Assembly: GCA_023378805.1 (NCBI GenBank)
Contig: JAMCSQ010000044.1
Span: 1-49,520 of the forward strand
Origin: Candidatus Parvarchaeota archaeon
GTDB lineage: Archaea; Nanobdellota; Nanobdellia; Parvarchaeales; Parvarchaeaceae
Reading direction: 5' to 3'
Length of the DNA: 49,520 nt
A model generated the notes under the pieces. The model was not told where the DNA came from, searched no databases, and saw only the letters and a program-made list of their open reading frames with translations. A program made the position numbers and the translations under genes. Positions 1 through 8,765 of the stretch are shown here, in pieces (position 1 is the first letter of the stretch; the number at the start of each line of letters is the position of its first letter).

Positions 1-209
1 TTTAAGTGATTTCATCTGATTATTTGAATGCTGCTCGTATTTAAAGTTTTCTTTGTTCTCATTTTTTATTAGATTCTGTTATTAGCTATCTGCGGTGTTC
101 CTAACTATTTTCCTTCTTTCAGATAAAATCGCATTTTATAATTTATACATTTCATTGTACGAACTTTAAGATATTACTGTCTTTGTAAATAAAATGTATT
201 ATAATCTTT

Positions 210-755
210 TTAACCTATATATTTTACCATTATAATTTCATCGAAATATTTCCCTTTATCTTTTAAAGCACCCTTCAATAAACCTACTTTCTTAAATCCC
301 AATTTTTTGTATAGATGGATAGCTCTGTCATTGTTTGCGAAAACGGAAAGCTTTACCATTTTTATCCCCGCTTTATGTGCATATTTCAATGCTTGCTGTA
401 CCATAAATTCGCCGATTCCCTTATCTCTATATAATTTTTTTATAAATATACCTAACTCTCCAACATGCATCGATTTTCCATATAACCTGTTTATTCCAAT
501 ATTTGCTGCTATGTTTTTGTCAATTTCGGCTAAAAATTGAATCCTCTTTTTTTCTTTAATCTCTTTTATAGCCTTTCTAACGTATTCTTCTTCCTGCTTT
601 CTATTTACTTTTTTATTTGCACCTATCGGTGCATGCTCATCAATCAATTCATTTATAAGGTTCATTAATTGCATCGAATCTTTTTTCAAAGGATAACGTA
701 ATAAAACAATAGTGCCATCTTTAGCTGTATACAACATCTCTTTCTGCAAGTTCAT
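210..755 (-). CDS. GNAT family N-acetyltransferase
   Basis: 181-aa ORF with ATG at 753-755. Acetyl-CoA motif A 'YRDKGIGEFMVQQALKYAHKAG' (R-x-x-G-x-G), then 'NDRAIHLYKKLGFKKVG', typical of the GNAT fold. Confidence 0.8.
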   Translation of the reverse strand: MNLQKEMLYTAKDGTIVLLRYPLKKDSMQLMNLINELIDEHAPIGANKKVNRKQEEEYVRKAIKEIKEKKRIQFLAEIDKNIAANIGINRLYGKSMHVGELGIFIKKLYRDKGIGEFMVQQALKYAHKAGIKMVKLSVFANNDRAIHLYKKLGFKKVGLLKGALKDKGKYFDEIIMVKYIG

Positions 756-788
756 TATATTATCCTTATTTTTCGGTATTTAAATTTT

Positions 789-1574
789 CTAATTTTGCAG
801 TAGTGACGCAATAATCTTAAAAACAACTTCTTTACTTTTGTTCTTTCTATCTTTCTTGTTTTTGTGCTTTTGAGAGAAGAATTCTTCCTTATGCAGGGGC
901 CTATCACCGACTTCTAATATGCCTGCTGCTTTCTTATCGAAAGCTGCAGCTAATCTATATAAAGCAGATAGCTCCATGTCTATCGTAGATACACTCATCT
1001 GCTTGAAAAATTTCAACAATTCGAGGGTTTCTCCATAGAATAATTCTACCGTTGCATGATTATCATTCTTAACTTTTAGACCATAGCTCTGCGCATATCT
1101 TTTTGCTTTTTTTGTAAGCTCATTGATAAGGCCATTGTTTCCAACCGGTAAAAATTCAAAGGCATTGACGTATTCCGAACTAAGTTCTTCCCAAGGAAGT
1201 ACAAATTTTGGTATGTTTATATCCCCCGTATCAATATCATCAACCAATGACGCGGTTGTTCCTAAAAAGATGATCTCTTTAACACCTGGATTTTTAGCTA
1301 GTATGTAAAATCTATCAGTTGCTTCTGCTACACCTCTGTTTATAAAAAGAAAGAGCGTATCTTTTATTCTGTAATTGTTCTCCAGTTTGCTTAAATGTCT
1401 GTCGCCCGTTTTTAAAGTTTCAATTTTGTATTCCTTGCTTAATCTATCAATCCAATCATCGGGTAATACTCTGGCCCATTCTATTGGGCAGACTATAACT
1501 CTTTTTGTTAGCTTTTCAACGCCAAACTCTTCAATTAAAATCTCCTTTCTATTTACCTGTGAGTAGTATACCAT
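789..1574 (-). CDS. Nucleoside phosphorylase superfamily (PNP/UDP-like) protein
   Basis: 261-aa ORF. 'EIIFLGTTASLVDDIDTGDINIP' and 'STIDMELSALYRLAAAFDKKAAGILEVGDRP' resemble the Gly-rich strand and the 'ME-saa...(S/G)D' C-terminal motif of PNP_UDP-type phosphorylases/nucleosidases. Motif-level only. Confidence 0.45.
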   Translation of the reverse strand: MVYYSQVNRKEILIEEFGVEKLTKRVIVCPIEWARVLPDDWIDRLSKEYKIETLKTGDRHLSKLENNYRIKDTLFLFINRGVAEATDRFYILAKNPGVKEIIFLGTTASLVDDIDTGDINIPKFVLPWEELSSEYVNAFEFLPVGNNGLINELTKKAKRYAQSYGLKVKNDNHATVELFYGETLELLKFFKQMSVSTIDMELSALYRLAAAFDKKAAGILEVGDRPLHKEEFFSQKHKNKKDRKNKSKEVVFKIIASLLQN

Positions 1575-1623
1575 TTTTTATTATGTCGCTGTTTATTTAA
1601 ATCTCTTAAAAATATTAAATTTA

Positions 1624-1671
1624 TTAGAAAATTATTGGAAAATTTACCGGTTTTCGATTAAAATTTTCTAA
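1624..1671. promoter_or_regulatory. 10-bp perfect inverted repeat in a divergent promoter region
   Basis: 'ttagaaaatt' (1624-1633) and its exact reverse complement 'aattttctaa' (1662-1671), 28 nt apart. They lie between the divergently transcribed genes at 1574 (-) and 1704 (+). Candidate operator; an AT-rich background lowers significance. Confidence 0.25.
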
Positions 1672-1703
1672 ACACTTTTATATGATGAGCTACTTGGATT
1701 AAT

Positions 1704-1961
1704 ATGGAATTGTTCCACAAAAAATTAAAGTGTGAAAAATGCGGAGAAGAGTTCAAAACAGAAGATGAACTCAATGAACACATGAAAGTGCACATGCAGC
1801 CTGAGCAGACTCAGGAACCTCAGCAAGAAGTGCAGTCAGGTGTTTCCGAAAAGCCAGAAGAAGAAAAGCAGGAAGCTGTAGCGGATTCAAGCGCTAATGC
1901 TGAAGAAAAGCCTGAAGCTCCTTCTGAAGCGCCGCAGCAGAATCAAGATAATCAGCAGTAA
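1704..1961 (+). CDS. Small C2H2 zinc-finger protein with acidic Glu/Gln/Pro-rich tail
   Basis: 85-aa ORF. 'KCEKCGEEFKTEDELNEHMKVH' is a textbook C-x2-C-x12-H-x3-H finger. The remaining ~55 aa are low-complexity 'PEQTQEPQQEVQ...EEKPEAPSEAPQQNQDNQQ'. Confidence 0.7.
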   Translation: MELFHKKLKCEKCGEEFKTEDELNEHMKVHMQPEQTQEPQQEVQSGVSEKPEEEKQEAVADSSANAEEKPEAPSEAPQQNQDNQQ

Positions 1962-1994
1962 GCTCTTTATAGATTCTGTATAAAATTAACATTC

Positions 1995-2033
1995 TTTTTT
2001 GGGTTGTAATTTTTCAACCCCCTTTTATTTTTA
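1995..2033. terminator. Hairpin flanked by T-tracts between convergent genes
   Basis: 'gggttg'(2001-2006)-8 nt-'caaccc'(2015-2020) perfect 6-bp stem. It is preceded by 'tttttt' and followed by 'ccttttattttt', between the 3' ends of 1704..1961 (+) and 2039..2680 (-). Confidence 0.35.
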
Positions 2034-2038
2034 GTCTA

Positions 2039-2680
2039 TTACAAATCAACAATAAATTCGCCTATATTATTAAAGTACTCCGATCTATTTGGGCATTTTA
2101 ATTTTATTCTATTGCCTATAAAATAATCCTTTGGCTCGATATTTATACTATGGTTTTGTCCGCATAACCTACAGGGTTCTACTGTTATAGTTAATGTTTC
2201 GAATGATAAAAGTTCGTTTAAAACATCAGTTACATGTTTTATAGCCTCCAACGCATGGAAATCTTCAACTAACTTTTCCTCATGTGTATAGTTCCTAAGA
2301 GATTTAAGATACTGCAGTATGTCTTTATCTTTCACTGGATTTTCATCACACTGAATCAAATGGAATAGCTTTGCATGGATTAATCTTATACTTTTTTTGT
2401 TGCCATTTTTGTCTTTATAGTGTATCTCTTTAATATTACTTATATTAAGGTAATGCTTAAGGCCCTGCTCCAAGCATCTGACTGCTAGTGATAATGCCGC
2501 ATCTGGGCAACCATACAGGAATGAATGTATGGCTTCGGAGTAAAGCAGCTTGAACTCCCCCTTTATGTTTGAAAAACTATAGGGATAAACGACCTTGATT
2601 TGTATTAACATGTTAAGCCGGTTACTGTAATTATCCACGGTTACAAGGTTTGGAACCGTTGGAAATGATATTCCTGCCAT
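2039..2680 (-). CDS. Hypothetical protein; helical DUF4145-like core plus C-terminal CxxC segment
   Basis: 213-aa ORF. 'EAIHSFLYGCPDAALSLAVRCLEQGLKHYL' and 'LQYLKSLRNYTHEEKLVEDFHALEAIKHVTDVLNELL' resemble the two conserved helices of DUF4145 ('...R..lE..l' and 'l..lR..gN...H'). C-terminus 'CRLCGQNH...KLKCPN'. From memory of the family pattern only. Confidence 0.4.
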   Translation of the reverse strand: MAGISFPTVPNLVTVDNYSNRLNMLIQIKVVYPYSFSNIKGEFKLLYSEAIHSFLYGCPDAALSLAVRCLEQGLKHYLNISNIKEIHYKDKNGNKKSIRLIHAKLFHLIQCDENPVKDKDILQYLKSLRNYTHEEKLVEDFHALEAIKHVTDVLNELLSFETLTITVEPCRLCGQNHSINIEPKDYFIGNRIKLKCPNRSEYFNNIGEFIVDL

Positions 2681-2722
2681 TTATTTTTATGTTTTGCTGA
2701 GTATTAATTATTGTTTATTGGA

Positions 2723-4105
2723 TCAGCTGCATTTCAATGTACTGCCTATCAAAGAATAGGAGGCATTAAATATTCTTTCATGACTAGAGGAAAAATCGGC
2801 ACCAACCTCAAAGCAAATAGTTGAATTCTTTACGTACATTTCTATCGATGCCAAATAAAATGGCACTTTTGTTATATTGAATATCTTGCTGCTTTTGTAT
2901 ATCAACTGTACTCCTACATTATTTGACATGTTTACAAAGAACATCTGTGAAGGAAGATACCCTCCAAGTTTCTGGTAGCTTTTGTTATACAGTAGACTTG
3001 TAGCGTTTATCGGAAAGCTAGAATTTAATTCGCTTACATTTAATTTTCTAAGATAAGATTCAAATTTAGATGGGGAAAGATTCATTATACTTACATTATT
3101 CGAGGAGTTTATTTTTTGTTCTCCTGTTATTATAAAGTAGAACTGACTTAATTCAGGAAAGTACTTTTCTAGGTAAGCTCTCGCATTTTTTGAGTCGTTT
3201 TGTTTAATGTACTGGGAAATATTTAAGGCCTTTAAATTTGATGCAAATTCTGGAGAATTGCCGATTGCAGAGACTATAAATGAAGTTGGCAATAGAACAG
3301 CTATGCTGGTATTTTCGAGCACTTTTGTAAGATTATCAGTGCTCATATTAGAAGAATTGCTTGATGAAAGTAATGATCCTGTGGATGCAAAAATTCCATT
3401 TAAGTTTATGTTTACAAGCGAATTAGGGTAACTGTAGTTTATAGTTGTGGAATAAAAAGTACTTTTTCCCAACGAGCCTGTAAAGATGGAAAAGAAGGAC
3501 TGACTACCCAGACTTGATAGTGAACTAGATTGGAGCGGGAAAAAAGCATATAATGCTGCGAAAAATATAAATATGAGGAAAACAGCAGCAAAGAAATGCC
3601 CTGCTCCTGGAAGAACATCCTCAAGCCCTCCGTTTATGTCTTTCCAGCTTGTTAAAATGGATATAATTATTGCTACATAGACTATTATTAACAAGTAAAA
3701 AATATACCCAAAAAAAGTAAGGTTAAATGAAATTCCCGCTATAGTTAAACCTATCAATGAAGAAGCTGACAATAAGATTCCTAGCACTCCTCCTTTTACT
3801 CTTTTTTCTTTTAACCACCTGCTACTCGTATGGAAAAGTCTGCTCAATATAATAATTGAAAGCCCCAATACTATCCCTGCTCCAGAGATAAAATCTATGT
3901 CAGAAGGCAGGAATACAGAGATTACCGCCTTGGGTAAAAATGCGCTTAGTAAATTTATACCTAAAAAGAGAAGTAACCCGATAAATAGAACTGATACCCC
4001 GATTATTAATGAAATAAATCCTATTATCGAAAGGAGGATACATGCAGTGCCAGCAATATTGCTTTTCATGTTAAGATAATAGCTTTTTTTATATAAAAGA
4101 GTCAC
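2723..4105 (-). CDS. Polytopic membrane protein with sequon-rich extracellular C-terminal domain
   Basis: 460-aa ORF (GTG at 4105; first ATG at 4069 gives 'MKSNIAG...'). The N-terminal ~190 aa form about 6 hydrophobic helices. The C-terminal ~250 aa are Ser/Asn-rich with many N-x-S/T sequons (NYS, NSS, NMS, NLT, NTS, NIS, NVS, NAT, NKS, NMS, NIT, NST, NAS). Confidence 0.6.
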   Translation of the reverse strand: MTLLYKKSYYLNMKSNIAGTACILLSIIGFISLIIGVSVLFIGLLLFLGINLLSAFLPKAVISVFLPSDIDFISGAGIVLGLSIIILSRLFHTSSRWLKEKRVKGGVLGILLSASSLIGLTIAGISFNLTFFGYIFYLLIIVYVAIIISILTSWKDINGGLEDVLPGAGHFFAAVFLIFIFFAALYAFFPLQSSSLSSLGSQSFFSIFTGSLGKSTFYSTTINYSYPNSLVNINLNGIFASTGSLLSSSNSSNMSTDNLTKVLENTSIAVLLPTSFIVSAIGNSPEFASNLKALNISQYIKQNDSKNARAYLEKYFPELSQFYFIITGEQKINSSNNVSIMNLSPSKFESYLRKLNVSELNSSFPINATSLLYNKSYQKLGGYLPSQMFFVNMSNNVGVQLIYKSSKIFNITKVPFYLASIEMYVKNSTICFEVGADFSSSHERIFNASYSLIGSTLKCS

Positions 4106-4159
4106 ATTATTAAAATAAAAGGGTTATAGCATATTAATAATTAAATATTTAATATAATA

Positions 4160-4963
4160 ATGTATTCTAACAAAATGGACGAAAGGTTTGAACTAGTTAA
4201 AATGTTTGATTTAAGCGGGAAATCTGCTATAGTAACCGGTGCTTCAAGTGGTTTGGGCATAAGTTTTACAGAAGCTTTGGCAGAGGCGGGGGCTGATGTT
4301 GTAATCTGTGCAAGAAGAGATGAAAAATTGATAGAAAATGCAAACAGAATAAGCAAATACACAAATAGAAAGATAATACCCGTAAAAGCAGATCTGACAA
4401 AGGAAGAAGATATAATAAATGTTGTTAAGGTTGCAGAGGAAAAACTTCAGAAAATAGACATACTTATAAACAATGCCGGCTCTGCGGTAGCAGGCCCTTC
4501 TCTAAACTTAAAAAAAGAGGACTGGCAAAAGGTTCTTGATGTTGATATTTCCGCAGTTTTTATTTTTTCTCAAAAAGTTATAGCGAGCATGGTTGCTCAT
4601 AATATAAAAGGCAGCATAATAAATATAGCATCTATTTATGGTTTGTTTGGAGATATAATCCCTGCAGCGCCATACTATGCAAGCAAGGGCGCGGTAGTGA
4701 ATCTTACCAGAGCTATGGCAGTTGAATTTGCAGGCCAGAACATAAGGATAAATGCAATTGCTCCTGGATTTTTCCCAAGCGAGATGACAAACGATTTGTT
4801 AAAAGACAGGGCAATTCTTGATCATATTACACAGAGAACTCCAATGGGTAGAGTAGGCAATCCTAACGAGCTTAAAGGCGCGGCCGTATTTCTTGCTTCC
4901 AATGCAGCTTCGTATATTACAGGGCATATCCTTGCAGTAGATGGGGGATGGAGCGCAGTCTGA
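4160..4963 (+). CDS. SDR family NAD(P)-dependent oxidoreductase
   Basis: 'AIVTGASSGLGISF' (TGxxxGxG), 'NNAGS', catalytic 'YYASKGAV' (YxxxK), 'INAIAPGFF'. Confidence 0.9.
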   Translation: MYSNKMDERFELVKMFDLSGKSAIVTGASSGLGISFTEALAEAGADVVICARRDEKLIENANRISKYTNRKIIPVKADLTKEEDIINVVKVAEEKLQKIDILINNAGSAVAGPSLNLKKEDWQKVLDVDISAVFIFSQKVIASMVAHNIKGSIINIASIYGLFGDIIPAAPYYASKGAVVNLTRAMAVEFAGQNIRINAIAPGFFPSEMTNDLLKDRAILDHITQRTPMGRVGNPNELKGAAVFLASNAASYITGHILAVDGGWSAV

Positions 4964-4969
4964 TTGTAT

Positions 4970-5503
4970 ATGGCAGAGCTAAAAGATCAAAATTTAAAGC
5001 ATTACATTGAAAACTACGTAAACTTAAGAAACGTAACATTGTGTTATCTTTTCGATAAAAAAGCAGATAGAGTACTTCTAGCAATGAAGAAAAGAGGATT
5101 CGGTGCCGGGAAACTGAACGGCGTGGGCGGAAAGGTTGAAAAAGCCGAAAGCATAGAAGATGCTCTTCTAAGAGAAACAAGAGAAGAAATCAATGTAAAC
5201 CTTAAAAAATTTGAGAAAGTTGCAGTAATAAATTTCTATTTTAAGAATAATCCAATTGAAAAGGACTTTAACCAGAAAGCGCACGTATTTATTGCTTACG
5301 AATGGGAAGGAGAGCCTGCTGAAAGCGAGGAAATGGCTCCGCAGTGGGTAAATACCAAGGGATTACCCTTTGAAAATATGTGGTCTGATGATATATACTG
5401 GCTACCTAATATCCTTTCCGGCAAAAAGTTAATAGCATCATTTTTATTCGACAATGAAAATAACATAGTGGATATGGACATAAAGGAAGTAAAAAGCTTT
5501 TAA
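4970..5503 (+). CDS. NUDIX hydrolase (MutT-like)
   Basis: Nudix box 'GGKVEKAESIEDALLRETREEINV' (Gx5Ex7REUxEExGU). The ORF-track start at 4964 is TTG; the first ATG is at 4970, 7 nt after the SDR stop. Confidence 0.85.
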   Translation: MAELKDQNLKHYIENYVNLRNVTLCYLFDKKADRVLLAMKKRGFGAGKLNGVGGKVEKAESIEDALLRETREEINVNLKKFEKVAVINFYFKNNPIEKDFNQKAHVFIAYEWEGEPAESEEMAPQWVNTKGLPFENMWSDDIYWLPNILSGKKLIASFLFDNENNIVDMDIKEVKSF

Positions 5504-5514
5504 TCCCTACAGTA

Positions 5515-6666
5515 TCACGTATTAAAATCCTGAATAGTTACGCCTTTAATGAAGTTATTGAATCCTAAATTAAGTTCATTTACGTAGTTATTTCCATCAG
5601 AAAGAGCGGATATCTCATAAAGATTGGATTTGTTTACAGCAAGAACCGTTATTACCTCTGATTGATTTGTCTTAACTAGATAAGGAGAAAACTTTACGAA
5701 GGCTACAAACCCTTTAAGTTTGCTTATGCTATAGTTAGTTCCTACTGTAAAATCAGTTTCGTATGTACTTGAGTTGCATTTCTCCTCAGGAAAAAGAACA
5801 TTAAAAGTTTCATTTGGCTTTATACTCGCTACAGAAGAGTTGAATACCGTGCTGTTTTTTGGAGTCATGTTGGAAATTGAATATATTGAAGCATTTGTTA
5901 TTTTAACAGTTTGATTCAATTTACTCTGAAGAAACGCATTAAATCCAGAGATATTACACCTATAACCTGTCAAATTAAATGAGCCATATGATTCGGAAAG
6001 AGAGGTATTTGCGGGAGGAGTAGTATTTTCCACCGCCTCAATCCCAGATATCCCACCAATAGTTATATTATAAATTTTTTTGGAACTGGACAAAATATGA
6101 TAATAATAACTAAGGGTTTCATTAGTTTTCAATTCTCCTAGTAAAACGAGCATACCCGTTAACCCATCTGGTGAAGAGCCGTTTTTAATTGCCGTTGTGA
6201 TATCTCCCGTACTAAAAAGAGAATAGCTTTCAAAAGAAGATGAGCCAAGTCCTTCTGCATTTGCTGCTTTTGATGATAGAATTAGTTGGCTAATCCCAGC
6301 AAAATTACTTGAGATTAATGTATTCAGGGCCGAATTTGTAGTATTATTAGTATTAGAGATAGGCATGCTTAAACCAAGAGTACGTCTTACAAAGAGTCTT
6401 ATACCTAATATGTTATAGTGATAAAGAAGATATGCAATTATAAGAAGAATTATTATAACAACTACTGCAAGCACTATATATTTATTAATCTTGATTTCAC
6501 TGCTGGAATTATTTGGTATGTTATCATCAGAAGGAAGTACATTTTTGTTGTGATTAAGCTCTTCTTTATTATTTTGATTTTTTACTGAAGCAATTTTTAT
6601 AGCACTATCTGTATATACGCTTCCTTTATCCGTTTTATCAGCTGGATCATTAGGTTCTTCGTTCAT
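5515..6666 (-). CDS. Single-pass membrane-anchored, heavily sequon-rich surface protein
   Basis: 383-aa ORF. Polar N-terminus, one TM ('YIVLAVVVIIILLIIAYLLY'), then a ~300-aa Ser/Asn/Thr-rich ectodomain with roughly 18-20 N-x-S/T sequons by my count. Confidence 0.6.
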   Translation of the reverse strand: MNEEPNDPADKTDKGSVYTDSAIKIASVKNQNNKEELNHNKNVLPSDDNIPNNSSSEIKINKYIVLAVVVIIILLIIAYLLYHYNILGIRLFVRRTLGLSMPISNTNNTTNSALNTLISSNFAGISQLILSSKAANAEGLGSSSFESYSLFSTGDITTAIKNGSSPDGLTGMLVLLGELKTNETLSYYYHILSSSKKIYNITIGGISGIEAVENTTPPANTSLSESYGSFNLTGYRCNISGFNAFLQSKLNQTVKITNASIYSISNMTPKNSTVFNSSVASIKPNETFNVLFPEEKCNSSTYETDFTVGTNYSISKLKGFVAFVKFSPYLVKTNQSEVITVLAVNKSNLYEISALSDGNNYVNELNLGFNNFIKGVTIQDFNT

Positions 6667-6769
6667 TTTATATCAAATAGTCTTGGATATATTTAATGTT
6701 ATCTATACTGCAATGAAACATATTTAACGACGGATAATTTAAATATTTATATCACTTAAAAAATATTCT

Positions 6770-7282
6770 ATGATGGATAAAATTAGGGAGATGAGTGGAT
6801 TAAACGATGAGGATATAGTTGATTTTCTTGACATTAAAACGGGATACAGTATTATAGATATAGGGGGTAGAGATGGTTTCTTCAGTAAGAAAATGCTGAA
6901 AAAAACCAACAATGTTACGGTTTTGGATCTTAATAATATATACTTCGATGAGCTTGAAAAAGCAGGCATAAAAACTATAAGAGCAGATATCTGCGATTAC
7001 TCTTCTGGCTCATTTGATTTAGTCTTCATGTCAAACGTTTATCATGATCTTGTAAATGAATGCTGTAGTAACACCTTGAAAAATATAAACAAAATGGCAA
7101 AGAAGTATATAGCTATACTTGATTTTAAGCCGCAAGACACAATGTTCGGCCCCCCTGTTAGTATAAGATTAAGCAAGGATAAAGTTATAAACGACATGCA
7201 AAGTATCGGTTTAAAATTAGTAAAAGAGAAGGAATTAAAATACCATTACCTTTTGCTCTTTGAACGGGAAACGAAGAATTAA
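6770..7282 (+). CDS. Class I SAM-dependent methyltransferase
   Basis: Motif I 'IIDIGGRDGFF', acidic end of beta-2 'VTVLDLN', motif IV-like 'FDLVFMSNVYHD'. Confidence 0.7.
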   Translation: MMDKIREMSGLNDEDIVDFLDIKTGYSIIDIGGRDGFFSKKMLKKTNNVTVLDLNNIYFDELEKAGIKTIRADICDYSSGSFDLVFMSNVYHDLVNECCSNTLKNINKMAKKYIAILDFKPQDTMFGPPVSIRLSKDKVINDMQSIGLKLVKEKELKYHYLLLFERETKN

Positions 7283-7312
7283 AGGTTAAATACATTATAT
7301 CCTTTAAATTTA

Positions 7313-7954
7313 ATGGTCTTAAGCCAAGTATCTATCCAAGAAGAACAAGGTCGTAAGATAATAAGAAAAAAGTACAATAGCTTTAATTCTTATAAGTGGC
7401 TTTTATTTCCGGTATTCCAGTTTTTTTACCCGTTTGCTGCATTGCCAAAAAGCAGACTTGAAAGAGAACTTGAGTTCCTTAATTTCAATAGCAATATAAA
7501 GAAGCCAAAAGTTTACTCTTTCGATCTTTATAATAAAGAGCTAAATCGTGAATATATTGATGGACAAGTTGATTACCGTGATGGGTCAAAGCTAGGTAAA
7601 TTGTTTTCGAATATACACAAAGAAGGATATTCTCTCGGAGATTCGAAGCTAGATAATTTTATTTGTAATTCCGAAGGAGCATATGTAATAGATTCGGAAC
7701 AGGCAATCAAAACCGACAAGAAAAGATATAAGTATTGGGATATATCTCTGCTGATACTGTCAGCCGCATACTACAACTATTCAAATAAAACGGGCTTTAA
7801 GCAGTTTTTAGACGGCTTTTCAAAGGAGTATCTATATTGGCAGGATTATCAAAAAAGAGCAGTAAAGGGACTTTATTCTTTACTTTTTCTTTTTATGCCC
7901 ATACATCAGGTTTATAGCCTAAAATGTGAATTATCCAAAGTAAAGACTGGCTGA
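7313..7954 (+). CDS. Atypical protein-kinase-like fold protein (Bud32/RIO/Kdo-kinase-like)
   Basis: 'IHKEGYSLGDSKLDNFICNSEGAYVIDSEQA' resembles the catalytic loop (h-G-D-x-x-x-x-N-h-h) and the metal-binding 'IDxxQA' segment of minimal kinases. 'GRKIIRKKY' is a possible N-lobe Lys. Weak. Confidence 0.35.
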   Translation: MVLSQVSIQEEQGRKIIRKKYNSFNSYKWLLFPVFQFFYPFAALPKSRLERELEFLNFNSNIKKPKVYSFDLYNKELNREYIDGQVDYRDGSKLGKLFSNIHKEGYSLGDSKLDNFICNSEGAYVIDSEQAIKTDKKRYKYWDISLLILSAAYYNYSNKTGFKQFLDGFSKEYLYWQDYQKRAVKGLYSLLFLFMPIHQVYSLKCELSKVKTG

Positions 7955-7961
7955 TAAACCT

Positions 7962-8516
7962 CTATTTTTTCAACCTTATGGCCCATTCTGCGAGTTTTTG
8001 TACAAGATCCTTTATTAATGTTATCGTATCATCATCAACAAACAAACCATTTTCAATCTTGTCACCAGCACCTCCTATGAAAACCTGTGGTCTTTCAAGA
8101 GGATGCGCATTAAGAAATGAGAATATCTGTCTTAGATGATACTGTGCTACTGCAGTTCCTATTATGGCACCGCCGCTTGCGCCTATCGTTGCAACTGCTT
8201 TGTCATCAAATGAATTGTCACCGTATGGTCTGGAGGCCCAGTCTATTGCATTTTTTAGAACTCCTGGTATAGACCTATTATATTCCGGCGTAGCTATCAA
8301 TACTGCGTCTGAATTCTTTATTTTTTCCTTGAATACCTTTACGCTTTCAGGTATTTCCTTTTCTTCATCCTGATTAAATAAAGGTATACCATTTAAGTCA
8401 AGTATCTCTATCTCTACGTTTTCAGGTGCATATTTCTTAGCTGTGTTTATTATTGCTCTGTTGAATGAGTCCTTTCTAAGACTTCCAGCAATTGCTGCTA
8501 TTGTTATTCTTTCCAT
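7962..8516 (-). CDS. NAD(P)H-dependent FMN reductase family oxidoreductase
   Basis: 'ITIAAIAGSLRKDSFNRA' and 'ATPEYNRSIPGVLKNAIDWASRP' are the hallmark flavodoxin-like FMN-reductase (YieF/ChrR-type) motifs. Confidence 0.85.
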   Translation of the reverse strand: MERITIAAIAGSLRKDSFNRAIINTAKKYAPENVEIEILDLNGIPLFNQDEEKEIPESVKVFKEKIKNSDAVLIATPEYNRSIPGVLKNAIDWASRPYGDNSFDDKAVATIGASGGAIIGTAVAQYHLRQIFSFLNAHPLERPQVFIGGAGDKIENGLFVDDDTITLIKDLVQKLAEWAIRLKK

Positions 8517-8765
8517 TTTTTAATCATGCATTAAATGTTTATAAATCTTTGTTAATATCGTAGAGGCGATATTATTTTCATCACTAAAAACTTCCCGGAT
8601 AAAGCCATTCTTAACTTTTCCTAAATCAAAAAGGTATAGTTGCTTTTTTAAATATACTTGTTGCTACTTGCCATTACAGCTTTTCTGTATACTGATGAAA
8701 CATGTATAAAACTAATAGATTTTAGGGGTAAAAGAATATATATGGCGTACTTTTATAATAAATGA

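Noticed and set aside
4141-4362. 73-aa minus-strand ORF overlapping the SDR start
   Set aside because: It is antisense to the clear TGxxxGxG region of the SDR gene and has no motif.
8517-8765. 249-nt intergenic gap inspected for small ORFs or RNA structure
   Set aside because: It contains only trivial ORFs of a few codons and no convincing stem-loops or repeats. It is most likely just the divergent promoter region of the FMN reductase and MFS genes.
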